A stretch of 64,000 bases of DNA from Phoronis australis (taxonomy: Eukaryota > Animalia > Phoronida): NCBI GenBank assembly GCA_002633005.1, contig NMRA01000028.1, forward strand, positions 1,015,556 through 1,079,555. The letters run 5' to 3'. The translations under genes were made by a program, and so were the position numbers. Under the pieces are notes generated by a model. The model was not told where the DNA came from and made no database searches. It worked only from the letters and a program-made list of their open reading frames with translations. Within the stretch, counting starts at the first letter, position 1. The number at the start of each line of letters is the position of its first letter. This document shows positions 45,001 through 60,000 of the stretch, piece by piece.

Positions 45001-48000
45001 CTACAAAAACATGTACTCTGTTTGATGTCTTGTTCACTTCAAAGCATGAGACATTTCAGGCTTGTTAGTTCCAGCAGCCTTCAACTCTTTGCCCAGGTGT
45101 GGCCTTGTATACTCGTTTTAGTTGGTTCGGTGCACCTCACACAAGTAACACACATGATTTCTCTGAAGAGTGTGCAGTGTTATATTGGTTTGGATCTAGT
45201 GATTGATTTCTACCTTGGTTGTTGGGTTACATATCCTGAGATTTGTGATGTGACGAATGAAAACCGTCAAAGCAGTTGTCACAGAAATTCTTGTTTGACA
45301 AGGTGTGATAGCAAATGTTGTTGAGGCTGTAGGCTTGTTGTCACTGTTTGGGACAACAGGAAGAAATAAGAACTAATAATTATGTTCACACAAGTGTCAG
45401 AAGGGTTTAATTAACCTTGTTGGCACCTGCTGCTTAACTCACCTGTCGCTAAATGCCAGGTACGTTTATCCAATTTATGTCACACATTTTCATTCTGTAC
45501 CTCTTTCACATTCAAAATGTCTGCCTTCAGAAGGGATTAACTTTATCTATAGGCAAAAGTTTCATTTCAACTTGAGAACTATTTTCACAAGCAGTTGTGT
45601 ATATCTAAGCCATTGTTGGGCATTTCTAAACCATTGTTAGGCAGTGCAATGGCCAGTTTCCAGCAAAACTGAGCTGTTGTCAGTCTGATAAACATCACCA
45701 TTGGTTAGATCCTTTTCCATTGTCCAGGATGAATAAAGAGAAATGTTGTTGTGTTCTTGGAACCTATAGTCCTATCAATGGTTATGCAATATTCTTCTGT
45801 GGTCTTCAGTACATTGGTATGCCCTGACACAAGCACTACTGATCATAATCTCTTTCATCATGGAACAATCCCATCTTGTTCAGGAACTGGTTTTTAGAAC
45901 CCATGCTGGTGTTCTCTACACCTTACAATGAATACCATTAGTCATCTGTGGAGCGGGTCACTTATAATTAAAATTCCATATTTGCTGATGGTTCTAAGAA
46001 TAGAGGTTGAGTACATAAATGACAATCATTCCAATCCAATTAGTTCCCAGTTTTCTAGTAGGAGAAGCTTCACTGATTTTTAATGCTGCCTGTCCAGGCA
46101 ACCCCTCATCTCTATAGTCACCCCCTCTATGAGTTGCTAGTGAACTATTTGCCCATGACTGGCCCCCCATTGTCCCCACAGCCCACAGGCTTGTCATTAT
46201 AATAACATGATCACAGACTGATCTGTCAACAACTTCCTGAGACCACCACTGTGTGACTAACACTGATCATTTAGGCCATGTTGTACTGGTGGTGAAAACT
46301 GCCATTTACCAGTAACAATGTATGTCCTGAAAACAGTTGAACCCAGACTTGAATGTATACTTTGGTTTTCATGGATCTATTCCCTGGTTAGATTATTTTT
46401 CTGAAGTTGATATTTGCTCATTGTGAATAGTTGAATGATGAGAAATGTTATCTGTAATCATCGCGTAAGATTGTCACCTCTATTCAAAGCTGACAATTGA
46501 TATCCATTTCAGGAATTTCAGTCCTCAATAATGGAGTCTTTTGGCTTTTGTTGTATGGACTTGACATTCAGTAGCAATGTGTGTGTTTGTGTGGCAAGTG
46601 TTAAGTTGCACAGTGTATCAGATATTGGTCTCTGTTGGAAGTGCCCTGCAGACCATAGTGTGTGACATTCAAGGCATGATTGTGTTCTCTTCTAGTTTCT
46701 GGGTTTTTCTCAAATAAACATCTCAATCCACACGTACCTAATAATGTATTGATCATCTACTCGGATATTAAATTCTCTAAAATCACTGAAGTTCTAAGTG
46801 CTGAGTTTGTCACATAAGTGTCTGTGTAAGATGACTACAACAATGGGTCCCCAAGCTGAATGTCTATTGTAAATCTTTGGTTTGATTAATTTTCTGATTT
46901 TATAATATTAAAATGTTTGAGACACTGCAGAGAGGTTACCAAGTGCAGCGTCCATTACGTTGACCCCTATGACCTGTGGAGCTGTGTGCAGGCAAGTATT
47001 GTTAAATGACTGTCCCAACTATGGATTCCAATGGCAAATTGATCTTTCAGCAATAATTACATCATGTGTGGGGCTTATCATAGAACTTGCCTGTTGTCTA
47101 AGTTTGTAAAGATAAGTAGAATTAATCACTGTGTATTGGTTTAAGCAGTTGCCCATAAGCACTTGCTCTCTATTGCATAGATTCTAACTGAGTGTAAGGT
47201 TACTCAATATATTTTATTGCTGTGAATGACTTCATTTTCCATTCTCTGCTATCTCAACATTTAGAGTTTTCTCTTCCTCCCTGGTATTTGTACAGTCTGT
47301 GTTCATCTTCTGGGAACCAAAATGATTAAAAAAAGTTTCATTGAAAAACACATCTATGTTTGCTGACTTCTATTGACAAAACCTTTATCCAAGTCGTCTG
47401 GTTGAATCAGAATGCCATAATTACTGTTATGAATCCAAGCAGATAGATTTGCCGTTCCTTATAAACACCCTTCTACTGACCATTACCTAGCCACATGCAC
47501 ATTTCCTTGAACAATGGCAAACAGTTTATTCCTCTACAGTTTTGCACCATCTTTAATTTGCTTATCAAAATATCCGGCAATCATAATTTCTCTTACCACA
47601 ATTGTCTTGGTTGGTGTTTTTGAGTACGCCAAATTGTTGATTAGGATGAGCCTTTCACGTGGTCATTGTTGTCTCAGTATGACTGCACCAACATTTATTG
47701 ACTCTGGTTTTGTTCCACTGTCATCTCCCGTTATCATTGTAGGTTGTTGCTTCATCAGCTGAACCGTTAATCAAAAGGGCTTCTGTGAAATGAATACGTA
47801 TGCATGTGCAATCACTTTCATATAGCCAAAAGATATTTTGTCTATGTGGGCATTGTATAGCTAATTCTGTATGTGTCATGTCATGAAGCGAATTCATATG
47901 TTCAATTTTTCACATTCAGACTCTACATATTTGTTTTCAATTTTTAACGAAGAATTAAGTTTGAACCAAGAACACCAAGTTAACAGTTTGACTGATTAAC

Positions 48001-51000
48001 GATTACCCGTTTGCATGCATGCTGGAGTTGTGCTCACACACCTGTAAAATTCAGGTATGGACAGGTGAACTAGACAGTAACTTATAATTCCTCTGTTGAT
48101 TGGTTATCGATGTTAGAGTATTAATTATGTAATATTATTAACCTGGAGAAAGATTTGAAATTCAACGTCTCTTTGGAGTGCTCAACAATTTATGTAACAC
48201 ACCTTACCATCCAAATTCCATTTAAAATTTTTTGTTTTTCTTTATTGTTGTCATGGACATCCACTTATATTCAATCAGTGAAATGGTGTTATGACTTATG
48301 ATGAGATCTGTGTGTGTGTTTGTGTAGGATTTTTTGTATTGTGTATACATAAACACTCTATCAGTTGTGGTCAACATTGCCAGATTTGTTGATGTGATAA
48401 AGCTAGAAATACTTTGCCCTTGAAAGAAGGCTTACAGCTGGCTGCTGCAAATGGGAAGTTGTGAAAGAAGTTTTGTTAATTAAAATTTTGCTTTTGTCTT
48501 AAATGCATGTTGTCATTAGATGTTAGGTTTTAAGGAATCACTTTGCAATCCATGGATGTTTTTCATTTATGTACAGGGACGGATCCAGGATTTTGAATTA
48601 GGGGGGAGGGGGGGAGGGCAGGGCCCAGGAATAACCAGAGTTTCGCCACATGCGTGCGCCCAGTCTAAAATGTAGAGATGCAGGGGTCTCGAATTTTTTG
48701 CATTTTTGGACCTTATTACTAAAAAAAGGTAAACAGGGTTTGTTCAAGGCCTATGCATTATGCATTATGCATTCGTCCCCGAGCCCCCCTGGGTGTGCGC
48801 ATATGCTAGTCAGCAATTCGCACCCCGAACTGCCAAATGGTATCTGGGAGAATTTTAGGGGGGGGGGCATGGCCAACCTTGGTCCCCCCCTAAACCCACT
48901 ACTGATGTATTTGGTTTTCGTATTGTTATATATTATCTGGACAGAGTTACTTGGTGTATCAGAAAAGTGCATGGTAAAGTCTCTCTAATTTTAGATAAAA
49001 CTAAGTGCTTAGGTTGTAGTTTTCAGTTTTCAAGGGCTTCTAGCATTGGTGTGAATGCCCTCATTTTTTTCGAAACATTCAATGACTGCTATGTGAACAT
49101 GGGAAATCATTTATTTGGTGGTACATGTCCTTCATAGAAAAAGGAGACGATGGCGGCCATGTTGTGAGATTTCTGTAGTGCATCTTCGAAATTCACGTTT
49201 TCTTAACTTGCACATTTAGTGTACAAATTTGAAAGTATAATTTTTTGCAAGTGAAATTTTTGTATTTCGAATTTGAGTGAGAAACTGGTCTCTTTGAATA
49301 ATGAGTAAAACAGTGGCTATTACACTAACATGAAGGCTTCTAGTTAGTTTTTCATATAATTCAGTTACAACCTATAACAGGGTAGACTTCAAAAACACTA
49401 GGACATCGCTAGAAAAGCAAGGTTTTGCGAGATTATGCCACATATTGCCGTGTGTTTTGATTGAGGACACCTGGTTTTGGCTAGATATTTTTTGCCGCGA
49501 AACGGCTACTGAACTCTACCCAGACCTCATTGTTAGAACCCGAATAGTTATGAAAATTTTCTATCGTGCAGGTAGAACATCAAATGGATTGTAGCTATGG
49601 TTTGGTATGTTAAGTATGAATTAATTATCTAAAATGGCCTGACATATGGAGGGGAACACCCACTTACCTATTTTTAGTTACTTAATTTTTATATTTAATT
49701 TATTACCTGGAACAATTTCTTTTTATTTTTATTTTTCCAAATAAAAGTTAGAAAATGTTTCTATGTTGAATTCAAATGAAATGTCTATAGACTATCACAA
49801 GTGTTTTTTGTTTATAGATAAAGTACGAGAATGAGCACAGTTGCTAAAAATTATCATGTTTCTAATTTCCAAGGGCTAATTATTTGCTAAAAATAATGGA
49901 AATTTTAACAAAAAATAGTTTATAGTATGTTCAGTACAAATCAAGCTATTTCAAATTTCTTATGTTTATATTTGTTAAGAAATTTGGCAAAATTATATTT
50001 TATTTGTATGCAAGTGTGTGTGCTGAACAGTTGAAGAAGTACTGTAGTTCACCTTATTTGTAGAATGGATCTTGTTGAATTAGTGAACTGGTTCCCTGTT
50101 GTGGACATACAATAAATTATGAAATCCCTCTGGTCCTCTCCTTTCAGCCTTTAAGATCTACTTGTAATTCAACATTATTCCACTGGGGGTACCCTTCAAA
50201 TTTTGAAAGTGCTTCATACCTACTCACCCTCGAAGGATTATGCTGAAGTGTTTCTTTCATCTGTGTTAGGTGCCCACTGTTCCACAATGTCGCTATTGTG
50301 GCGGGACATTGTCTTCTGCCATGCAGGTGACCCTGGTTTCTTGAGTATTTGGTATTGATTAATGTCGTCCTCGAAAGAATGGATGTTTACCTTGATGATA
50401 TATTATATCCGAAAGCTAGCATTATTGAGAAATAAACTTGGCCCCTTAAAAGGATTGTCCACATCATCTTTTATGGAAAATCTTGCAATGGCTACAGGGA
50501 ATTCTGAAGTGGTGCACATAGCCATCAATTATGTGATTTACTGGCCCAGGTGTAGCCTCGTCTTTGGGGTCCAAGCAATGATCCCTTTACAAATTCTGTC
50601 ATAAGTTTTGTAATACCCAAAGTATCCATTGAAGACAAATGACTAGGCAAAACCATGAGCCAATTGTTGTTGGGATAGCTTTCAAGTAATAGTGCTTCAG
50701 TACACTTTTCTGGCAGACAAAATTCCAGTGGGGTTATTTTTTTGATGTGTGGGGCCATTCAAAACTTGTATACTGAAAGTTAATTTTTAAATTTCATTGT
50801 ACAGGCCTAAATGTTTAGCTGTTATGCAGATTTAACAATAGTCAGTCAAATAAGACTTATATCTGTTCAGGTAATCTGAGACCTAACAATGACATGGAAA
50901 TAACTGGCTTCAAAAGATTTCTATACTGGCTAAGTCCCAGCCATTCTTGAACCAACTGTTACAGGGGGTTAGAATAAACAGATTCTAAACAATGTCTGGG

Positions 51001-54000
51001 AGGGCTATATCAACATGGCTGATGAAGCAGTAGTTATACCTGGCTTTCATGTGGTTCACATATTATTTACTTGGGGTTTTCATTGGGCGCACCATGTGTG
51101 AAATCTTCCTGAAAGTAAATCTCCACTGCCCAAGCAAAAATTTGAATGTGGCAACGGTTAGGCTATTGAAGTTGTTCGCTAAATGTATTTTTGTGTTTCT
51201 CTCAGTCTAGTGTTTAATCACTGCATGTTAAGCTGATAGGCATTCGCTGTATTGTTAACAACTATTTTTATGTAACAATTCAGGAATTCCATTGGACTGC
51301 CATCTTGTTACAATAAATGCTATGGCAGGGTTTAAATACCCTGCTAATGTCAATAGTGCATATGTTTTAATGTTGTTTTCTTATGATGCTGTTTTGTTAA
51401 TGACCTCCCTCTCGCACACGAATTGTACATTGCTGAAATGTTTGACTATGCGAAAATGGCAACGAGATAAGGGATTGTGGGAGAGACTTATGAGTGAAAC
51501 TGACTTTATGATTTTACAAATTATGATATAGGTCATCGATAGCTGTGGACTCCAAGTCACAGTGTTAGAAAAAGCAAAATTTGTAGTAGGAGATTGTTTA
51601 GTTTCTTAGAAACGTATGATAATTACAGTAAAAATTCTTCACTTTGGGACACTAATTTCACAACAAAACTTTTCGGACAATTTACTTTGCTTTTGGCATG
51701 GTTTGTGTGGCGTAGCTTATTACCAAACGTTTTTGAAATTTCGATCCTGTGCTGTTTCTAGATCGTGGCTAAATTTCTCAAAATCTGTGTAATCATTGCC
51801 TGTCATGATGGTCTACTCTTCCCCTTTGTTCAACCTCTGTCCATTATGTATACTCAGCCAATAAACAACAACAGTTTAATGTTTGCCTATCCATCTTCCT
51901 GGGCCTCCTGGTCATAAGATTAAGTGAAACCCTTTATTTGGTAATCGCGTAATGAAATATTTTGGTTACTTTTCTGCCACCTGAAACACTGAAAGATCTG
52001 AAGTGTTTTACAACAGTGGCACCCCCTGGCACCCCCTGGCCCGGTCAAGTGAGTAAATATCCGCACAAGTTTTAAGCTCTTTTGACTACGAATGGTCAGT
52101 TTTACTAAACCAATATAAGAAGTTTATTCTAAGTGGTTTTTAATGAGGCACAAGATCACCCAATGTTTTTAAAAAGAATTCAAAAGCACATATTGGTGTT
52201 TTTTGGTTTGTTTAAGACATAGATATAACTTAATTAGTGCTGGTCTGGGGTTTTTGAAAGTTGATACAGTTGCACTGATACTAATGGCATAACGGTATTT
52301 GTCGTTACATTTGTTCAAAGACAATAAATCAGCTGAAAATGCCACTTGGGTTGGGATCCTTCTAGTTTTCTCCTGGCATGACCTGATTCCAGCCGAAATG
52401 AGTCAGACCATTAGGGCTGTTCCAGTAAAATCCGTGTGGGAGGGGGGGGACGGCAGTAGAAATAAAAATTCATGGGTGGTGGTCTCCAGAAAAAAACTCA
52501 AATTATGGGTGGTCGTTCCTGTAAGAAGTGATGCATTAAAAATGGGTGGTATTTTTTGACCTGTTAATGTTGANCATAAGTTAAGTGTTAATTCTATGAA
52601 TATGAAAGCAGCATTCAAAGTCTAAAACTGCAATTTGTTGCCCAGTTTGAAGGTTACCTTCTATTTTTCCATGAATGTGAATCACCTTAATCACTGGCTA
52701 CTCCATCTTCCCCCTCTGAAGTGAACCGGGTCAAAGTGGATACAGTTTTTGTTCTGTCTAATGGTCCTTTTGTTACCCAACAAAACGGTCATATGATACA
52801 TGTAGTTTAATTCCAACGTAACGTTGCCCGAAGACCGATGCACTTGAGACAAAATTAAACGGGTCAGTTTTAGGTTAAAATTTATTGCAATCAAGTGGTA
52901 AGAAAGATTGTGAAAACCTGATTTGCTCTTGTATTCAGTCCATGTTGCATGCTCTTGTATTCAGTCCATGTTGCATGGAATTTTATGGAAATATTTGCCC
53001 TATGTAATTTTTATGCATTTTGGAAAATCTGGAATTTAGACCCCAATATTTAGTTGATTTTCTGCTCTAATTCATGCCATAGTCTTAATTAAATATCACC
53101 TTCCAGTACTTACTGTACTCTAAATCAAAAAGAAAACGCATTTTTCTATGAGGTCATTTTAATTGATCTTCGTGTGGATACTTCCTGTCATAGATTTCTA
53201 TTCAACACATATAGATCCACGGTAGTTTGGTGAATAAAGCAATGCTTATTGGATTCTATAAATGCCTACGGGATGAATGGCCTAGTTTTATACTAATCAC
53301 TATCTTGAGAGTTTATATTTTGGGTTGTATGCAGTATATGACATACTCTAAATAATCATTTAATTTAAAATGTACAAAAACTAATTGGAATAATTTGTTG
53401 TAATTCTTCACTTAATTCGTTTAAAAAAATTTCAAAATTTTTGTTTTTCAGAGAGATTTCACTGACAGATTTGCTGTATATAATGGAAACTATCGATAGT
53501 TTTTGTGATGTATATACATTACAAACCAAATTAAAAAAATAATCGTTCAGTTGTATCCAACATAGGATCTAAATGATGGCATGCAGTTACTAGGAAACTA
53601 GTTTGTTTTGCTTTTTCAATCTTGTACTCCAAAGAAATATGTGCAGTAAAAATTCCGTTTTAAACACCGAAAAGGTTTTCTTAAAAGCACGAGGCCATAT
53701 CTACAATATTGAAACATACAAAAACGTAAAGGATGTCCCAAATTATCGAATTTTCCAATCAGTTCATGAAACAACCGTACCTAAGTTTAATATGATTTTT
53801 GACATCATTTTGGATCAAATATTGGCAAAGCCATGTAGTGCATATCTACAGACATCATAACACCATTAATTGTTGTTACCCAAGCCCCTGAAAGTTTACA
53901 GTATGTCTCTTCATTGATAGGTAAAACTGCTTATGCAGCTGTGTTTGGAAATAACCTGTTAAAGATATAATACGAGCTTTGATTTTTGATGTAATGTGGA

Positions 54001-57000
54001 CACAGGAAAATGTTGTGTTGTTGGGGCAGGCATGCATTTTTGCTCAACTAGTGACTGGAGCATTTGATGGTCTCCAAAGTGTATCTGGGCAGTTCTTGAT
54101 GCCAGTGTCTAAGAAATCTTGTTCAGTTTCTAGTTGTTGTTTTTTACCACAGGATTCAACTCCACAGGATGTGTATGCTGTTATACATGTTACAGGGCTC
54201 ATCCAGTTACTACACTGACTCTCAGCCATCTTCCAACCTAATATTGCCATGCTGCAATGTCCTCCTATCTTCCCTGATCATCTCAGTACTTGTCAATACC
54301 ACCCATTGTCCTAATGTAGACAGTCAGTGACATATTCATCTGGACATGCCATCTAGTCAAGCCTTATTGAACACTGGACACTCTGTTGTGGTGCAGACTA
54401 GACATGAAATGTGATGGCTTTATCTTTTGTTGAGCTATAGATCCTAGCAAAGATAGGTGTTGTGTAAATGTTCTGCTGGTCTAAACACATGGACTAGATG
54501 AACATCAAGTTATGAAATTCTTGGGGACTGCAGCAGATGAGAATGGGGGCTGAGCTGCATCATTTGCATTAGGGATGTAAAATGGCCGCCGTTAATATTG
54601 CTGGTGAGCACCAGCTGAATATATACCTAGCCCTTCCTAAACCCTTTGTTTTCGTTGAGTAGGCTGTGTGCTGGTTTTCAGATTTTTTTAAGTTGGGATA
54701 TTAAGCACATGGCTTTTGAGAGGTGCCAGACTGACTGGTACCAACGGTCAGGTTATAAAAAGTGTTGTGTGTGATGCTGACACTTCTTGCTATGTAGTGT
54801 TGCTTAGAAATGCCACCAGTCCATGAAATTATTAAAAGTTTGAAATTTGTTGAATTTTTAGAAGGATGTGATTTATGCCCATAGTACCATTGCTGACTGG
54901 ACCAACATAAACAAAAAAACAAAGATTATAAATGTCACGTGTTTCAAATTTTATCAATGATTTCAAGCTAGTATGAATCATGTTGAGATCAAAATAGAAG
55001 GGACAAACTGTGAAATATGTCAACTTTTTGTGTTTCCACCTTTCCTCTTACAGATCTGTGACAATCTACAGTTTAGTTATAATGTGGGTATATTTCTCTC
55101 ATAAAGATCTGTGACAATCTATGGTTTAGTTACAGTTTAAAAGTTAACATTTTTGTTGATTATTTTAGGTGTCTATAACATTGACCGATGAAAATGACAG
55201 TGCACCTGTCTTCACACCTAATCGCTACAGTGTGTCCATCTTGGAAAACTCTGGCACTGGTCAACCTGTTACCACGGTGACAGCTTCGGACCGCGACCTG
55301 AACTCACGGATTCGTTTCGCTATCACCAGCGGAAGTGATGGAAGATTTGCAATAGAGCAATCATCTGGTAAGTGTCTGTAGAGTTTAGAAATTTTCAAAA
55401 CACAATTACTTTATATCTACATTATTTGTCAGTTTAGAAAATCGAACCTCAACTCTTCTTGAAGCTATATGTTCTTTCAATGTGAACAAATGCAGTCGTA
55501 TTAAATTTAAAAAAATAACAATGGCGTTTGAGAATGTCATGCTGCAGCAAAAATCCAAATACCAAACTATATTTAATGACCTCCATGAAGACAAACTACT
55601 ACCAGTTTCGGTTAAAAATAATTATTTAGTTGAGATTGCTTATTATTTTTCGATATATTGTCAATTGGTAGCCCAGGTTCAGATCATGGTAATGGTAAAA
55701 ATATTACTTAGGTGCTAGTTTTGAATGTAAAAAGAGAGAATATAATTATTCATTTGCACCAGTTTGTATCCTAAATTGATGAGGTTTTACCTTTGAACTG
55801 ATGTTTGCAATAGGTAATGTTTTGTGAGGCCCTAGAGGTACTCTAACTTAGCTACCTGCTAATGTAATCTGTATACTCCTTCTTTGACAGTGGTGATTTA
55901 CATGAAGTACTGTGATAAAGAGTTCAGCCTAGACAAATGGGACAACCCCTCTAGATAAATTTTATCATAAATTTATCAAAACGTTTATTGCCTAGCACTT
56001 GTTTACATTTTGGGCATGATTATTTACCCACACTACCACTACAGTGGTGCATTATTGAGGCTAACTCTCTATAATTAGAGGTTGTAAAACAGGCACAAGT
56101 GGCCATTAAATTGCCTCCATGTTTCCTGTAGGTGATTGCAAGTGCTACTTCAGGGTCCTTCTGGTGACAATCATAATGTGATCTACATCATCAACAATTT
56201 CAGTGTCATATATAATCCTGTCTAGAGTCTGCATTCATCTATTTGGAGGTTTTGTCACTATCAATTTGTTGAAAATTGAGTTGCTTGATGTAATAAATGG
56301 TTTGTGGTAATCAATCTGACTCATGTTTGTTCAAATTTCTCCTGCAGTCATAAAATATTGTGCCAATCTATTTATCTCAAAGATTACACAAGTTTTGTCA
56401 TATGTTGATGATTTTACTGAGCTATTTATGTTTACTAGCACCTTTTTGCCAAAATGATTTGCAGATGTCATAGACATCAAATTACAGCTGGGACAAATTA
56501 AAATAAAAATGCTTAAAAGGGAGTCATTTGCCTGGTTGTCCGTTTGTTAATTCCTATCCCTGCGTTCTTTTGTCAGGCCGAATCAGCACCACAGACAACT
56601 TGGACCGTGAAATCAAGCCTCGTTACATACTAACTGTGCAAGCGTCGGATGGCAAGCACACATCATCTGCTCCAGTAGAGGTGGACATTCTCGACTTGAA
56701 CGACAATGCACCAAAATTCAGCAAAGATGTCTATGCATTTAGTGTGGGAGAAGATACTTCTAGAGGTAGGGTTTGTATAGGGATTGAAGACCCAAGTGTT
56801 CGCAAGCAATGTGGACATGCTTGTGTGGACACTTGACCACTGTTATCAAAAATGATACGATGTACATTTCAACATTCTGATTTCTCAGAAAGCAACACTG
56901 TCTTCGTCTTGATTGTTGTCCTTGTCGGCAAGTTTTTTCTAAATTTGACCACAGCTATTGAACAATTAAATTCAGTGTGTTTTTAATTTCATTGCAAATC

Positions 57001-60000
57001 AGCAATTCTCACCATTGTCTGCCTGACATTTGCTGAAATCAAGGTTGTTGACTTCACCAGGCAAATATGCTACTTTTTAACACAATCGCACGTGCACTTG
57101 AGATTCTGAGATATTTCCAATCTACATATTTCTCTAAAATTTCTTGATCTTCAAATCGCCAGCCTTTGATAAGTGGAGATAAGATGTATTGTTTGACCAA
57201 ATCTTGGTGAGTGTCAAGTTGTGATATCTTGGTATCTCTGAAATGCATGTGGTACTCATAGATACAGTGCTCTGACATTAGTGAACTGACTGGTTCCTAG
57301 TTACTACATGACTTGTAATACTTTGTCTGGAAACAAGATTTACAATTGAAATGTTTAACAAATGAGAAAAGCTTAGGAGGAACTTACAACTGAACTAGTC
57401 TACAGTCTTTGGAAAGTTTGCCTACTTTGAATGTATTTACCCCATCTGAACATATTAATCATTGAAATAGTTTGTTCAAAATTGTCTTACCTAAAATTGA
57501 CCGTATTTTTGTTGAACATTTTAACAAATTTCCAAGTCTTAAAAGTCGAGTTTTCTTCATTTTTGCCAGAGTGTTATCTGGTCATTAACTTTGTTTCTAA
57601 TTTCCACATTTTCTAGAAAATTTCTCCGCAACTTAGATGGAACTAGATACTTTGAGTAAGATTTTACCATCATTTAAAGGTACAGCAAATTGTTGTGAAC
57701 ATAGCTTTGTACTCCGTCACGTAATATAAATTGTCCGTATCCAACAGGCACTATCGTAGGCTACATCTCAGCATCGGACAATGATGCCAGCGACAACGGT
57801 ACCGTTACTTACTCTATGTTAACTGATTGGGGGAAGAACGTGTTCTCACTTCACAAGTCAAAAGGTGTGGGTGTGTTCACAGTAACGGGAATCTTAGATC
57901 GTGAACAGGTAAGCACTTGTTTTTGTAAATTTATGTTTACTGCTTTAAAAAAGTCTTTTGTAATTGTATTTGTTGTCAGTATGTTGAATAATGACACTTA
58001 AAATGCAGAGCAATTTGAGTCAGGTCAGTACTTCAAGTTTGAGTAGGGAATTAGGTTGGTTAAAATGAGTCACCTCAGTAAAACGTGACCTACGACCTTC
58101 ACTTATCACGTTCCTGTCCTGGAAACTAAAAAGAATGTAGCTTCAATTGTATAGTAGACTGATTTAATATTAAAGTATTACTTTTAAATGTGATATATCT
58201 GAGTTAAATAAATTATTTTGTTTGAAGAGATTTGGATAACCTCTGTATGTCTGCTTTAGTTTTTTTTAAAAGTCTAGTTATACCAAAAAGGAAGATGTGA
58301 TTTTTAACCTTGTCTGGGCCTTTTAACTGACCAAGGATTGATTTTTTGTCTTGACAGTATTTGTCAACACCAGTGATCTGGTCTGGCGTAACTTTGTGTA
58401 AACAATATTTTTTGCTTCAAATCAACCATGTCCATCTGTGCAAGCCAGGCACTAATACAGATTGGGTTACATAAAATACAAAGAAATGTTTCCAAAAAAT
58501 GGCCTGCAGGTGCTGGTGCCTTCACATGTTAGAGGCGGAGGTTTGAAGAGCAAACCAACCTTGGCCAAGAATTTAGTCTGGCTGCCATAATGGGCACCGT
58601 TTCGAAAATTTTACACTGCATGGACACTTTACACAATTTTAGGATGAACCTTTGCATTAGTAAAAATGGATGGATTACCTCTGTAAATTCATGGTATTTC
58701 ACTGGAACGCACTGTAGAGGGCGCTCTGCTTTGACCTCTGATTGAAGGTGCAAGATGGTGTCTTTTTATGGTTTTACTGTCTCTTCATTTAAAGACTATC
58801 AAGTCAATACATTTTGTTCTGATTTCATCCATATTCATTTGTTCACTCTTTTTTAAACTTGTTTTCTAAACAGAGTGGATTAATGTGTTTATATTAATAT
58901 ATTCTGATGTTTGTAAACTATTGTATTAATATTTGTATATCTTATTTTCATAATTGGTTACAACCGCAGATGTATTAAATTTTGTAAGAAGTGTTCAAAT
59001 TTATTGCATTTCACTATTTATTTCACAGTTTGAACACTATGTGATCACAGTGAAAGCTGAGGACAAGGGTTCTCCTCCGTTGACCAGCACCACTACTGTC
59101 TACATCAACATCATGGACAGTAATGACAATGCACCTGTCTTTGACCCCGCCTCCTACAGCACCGATAGTCTTTCCGAGGATGCCAAGGTTGGCACCAGTG
59201 TCATTCAAGTACACGCCACTGATCAGGATGCTGGTAAGATATGATTATAATAATATATGATAAGTTATCCTCCATGAGTGGAAATGGACTCAAAGCACAA
59301 AAATACTTAATTTAATAATGTATAGTGTATGCTGCAGAAATTTTTAAGTATTATATTTTTATGAAATTGTGTCAAGATAAAAATGTTTCACTGCATAAGT
59401 TTTATAATTTTAGGAAAATACCGGTTCAATTTTTTTATAAAAATCTAAGAGAAGACTTGGATACCATTGATTAAGACTATTCTACTTGGGCCGGGCAACA
59501 TCTGTCTCTTGGTCCATGTAAACATTTACAGTGTTCTAACAGAGTTGAAAATGAGTTGAGATTAGGGTATAATGTTCAAACAATGGACCATTGATGACAA
59601 AATCTTTGTTGAAGCTTTTCATGAGTAGAAGTACAATTGTGGAACCATGTACCTATCGTGGCACCATCATTGTACGTGGTACTTGTGAAGTTCTATGAAT
59701 AAAATGGTGTTGTTAGCTTTGGAAGATTTATTCACCCCATACCACCAGTAGGCCATGGGATTTGAAACTTCCTGTTTATTATGTGAACTTATGGTGGATG
59801 TAAACATGGATGCCAGAGTCAACTGTGGAGGGTAGTCTGTCTGAGGGTCAATAATAGCCAGGTTGAAAAATACCAGCTTTGAACATTTTGTTTTTAGAAT
59901 CAGTGTCATAAATTATTAGTAGCCCCAAGTGGTCAAGATCTAAGACACTGTTTTCTTTTATGAGCAAAAATGCAATACTTGTCTGAAACTTGCTGCACTG

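Noticed and set aside
50285-50345. tRNA-Gly-like string TGCCATGCAGGTGACCCTGGTTT
   Set aside because: A and B boxes are degenerate and there is no cloverleaf; at most an old SINE remnant
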